DNA of 63,994 nucleotides, filler included, from Basidioascus undulatus (lineage: Eukaryota): assembly GCA_000826855.1 (NCBI GenBank). It is 4 parts of 4 records of this genome, joined end to end, with 100 filler letters (N's around TTAATTAATTAA, not from the genome) between each part and the next. Parts side by side here need not be neighbours in the genome. Positions count along the whole stretch, not along the records: positions 48,670 to 63,994 come from JTLS01000646.1; 3 more parts are not named here. One strand, given 5' to 3'. The notes beneath the pieces were generated by a model that saw only the letters and a program-made list of their open reading frames with translations, was not told the DNA's origin and did not search any database. The position numbers were made by a program, and so were the translations under genes. Positions within the stretch are counted from its first letter, which is position 1. Every line of letters begins with the position of its first letter. Shown here piece after piece: positions 62,687 through 63,994 of this stretch.

Positions 62687-63994
62687 TCACTCCTTCAAGA
62701 ACCTGCCGACGACGTCAAGCCACTGCTCGAGCCCATCCAGCATCGGCAAGTGCCCAGCGCCTGCAATCTTCGCAAACTGGACAGGGACGCCCTGTGCGCC
62801 GAGCTCGCCCGCGAGCGTCTCAAGCGTCTCGGGCAGCTTCCCGTCCTTCTCGCCCGCAACGAGTAAGACCTTCTTCTCGCCCTCCTTGAGCTTCTCCGCG
62901 AGCGCAGGCGTCAGGTCGTACCCCTGCAGTGCGCGCGCGCCGACGACAAAGCCCTCGAGCGGGGTCGTCCGAACCTGCTCGCGCACGACCTCGCGCTTCG
63001 CGCCCTCGACGTACTCGCTGCCCGCGGGGAACCAGCGGGAGACAGTAGCCTCCGCGAGTGCGCCCATGCCCTTCTCGCGCGCGAGCGCGATCCGCTCGTC
63101 CCACGCTGCCGTGTTCGCCGCAGGGCTCTTGGCCTGCGTGTCGCACGCGACGAGGCGCCCCGCGCGCGTCGGGTGGCGCCGCCCGAAGTTGAGCGTCGTC
63201 GCCCCGCCCTGGGATACGCCGAGGACGGCGTGCGCTCGCGCGATCCCGAAGTGGTCGAGCAGCGCCGCGACGTCGTCTGCGAGCTGGTCCATCGTTGCCG
63301 GGGCGGCGGGGACCGAGGATTGCCCGTGCCCGCGCTGGTCGAAGAGGAGGAGGTTGTACGAGGACGAGAGGGACGCGGCCGCGCCAGACCAGAGGGAGAG
63401 GTTCGTCAGAAGCGAGTTGGCGAAGACCAGCCAGGGCGCGGTCGGCGAGAGGACGTGCAGCTGTGCGTGCAGCGTCACGTCGGGGAGGGCGACCTTGTGC
63501 TCGCCGGACGTCGGCGCCACGCTGCTCCCCGAGGCGGGCTCGTCGACGGGGTGCGGGACCTCGAGAGACGCCTTGTCGTCCACGTCCAGCGCGACCAGCA
63601 GACGGCTGACCATGTTGTACGTCGCGACGGTCCTGTCCCATCACCACCAACGTCAATGCAAATCCACATTCCTACCTTCCTGGGTGATGTAAGAAAGAAG
63701 GCGAGGAGGGAGAGACCCACGCAGTAGCCTCGAACAGCTGCGTCTCGCTCAGGTGCTTGCGGAGCTCGTCAAACACCGCGTCGGGCACGTGCACCTCGAC
63801 CGTGCTGAAGTCCGCGAAGGCGAGCGCGGCGGCCTGGAGCGGGGAGAGGGTGCCTGCGGGCGGGGTGAAGGCCGAGGGCCCGGAGGACACGTCGCGGATC
63901 GTAGAGAGCTGGGAGGTCGTCAGACCGCCCTTGCGGCCCTGTGGGGGGAGGGGAGGGGAGGGGGAGGGGGTGTGAGAATTGGGAGAGGGATGGA
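62687..63994 (-). CDS. AhpD/carboxymuconolactone-decarboxylase-like domain fused to 3-oxoadipate enol-lactonase-like alpha/beta hydrolase; 5' end beyond window
   Basis: Exon 63938-63721 (GRKGGLT..LQAAALAFADFSTVEVHVPDAVFDELRKHLSETQLFEATA) splices in frame over intron 63720-63633 to TVATYNMVSRLLVALDV. The hydrolase follows with NSLLT, FDQRGHGQS, GVSQGG, W.ERI, RWF, GEKDG and AGHLP. Confidence 0.9.

Overview
Eukaryotic, GC-rich, intron-dense fungal DNA; short introns with GTGCGT/GTCAGT/GTACGT donors and the protein sequences suggest a basidiomycete yeast, probably Pucciniomycotina (inference). The window is not one locus: three identical artificial 100-nt linkers (N44-TTAATTAATTAA-N44) join four ~16-kb contigs. 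Contig 1 carries a Ran1/Pat1-type kinase, a decayed sugar porter, an IQ+BAG co-chaperone, a cupin and RFT1. Contig 2 carries a GPR1/FUN34 acetate transporter, F-box genes, ERG28 and MRPL33 head-to-head, and a broken RNase III+dsRBD gene. Contig 3 carries a ~2.8-kb CpG-depleted island with palindromic repeats, a stand-alone pseudokinase resembling the hybrid-histidine-kinase S/T domain, an ankyrin gene, an F-box gene, an internally deleted copper amine oxidase, tRNA-Gln(CTG) and tRNA-Gly(CCC). Contig 4 carries COX5, an SDH3/SdhC-like gene with one in-frame TGA at a probable Trp site, RIP1, and a tandem 3-oxoacid CoA-transferase plus AhpD/enol-lactonase fusion (candidate beta-ketoadipate module). 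All calls come from manual translation and motif recognition; no database searches were run.
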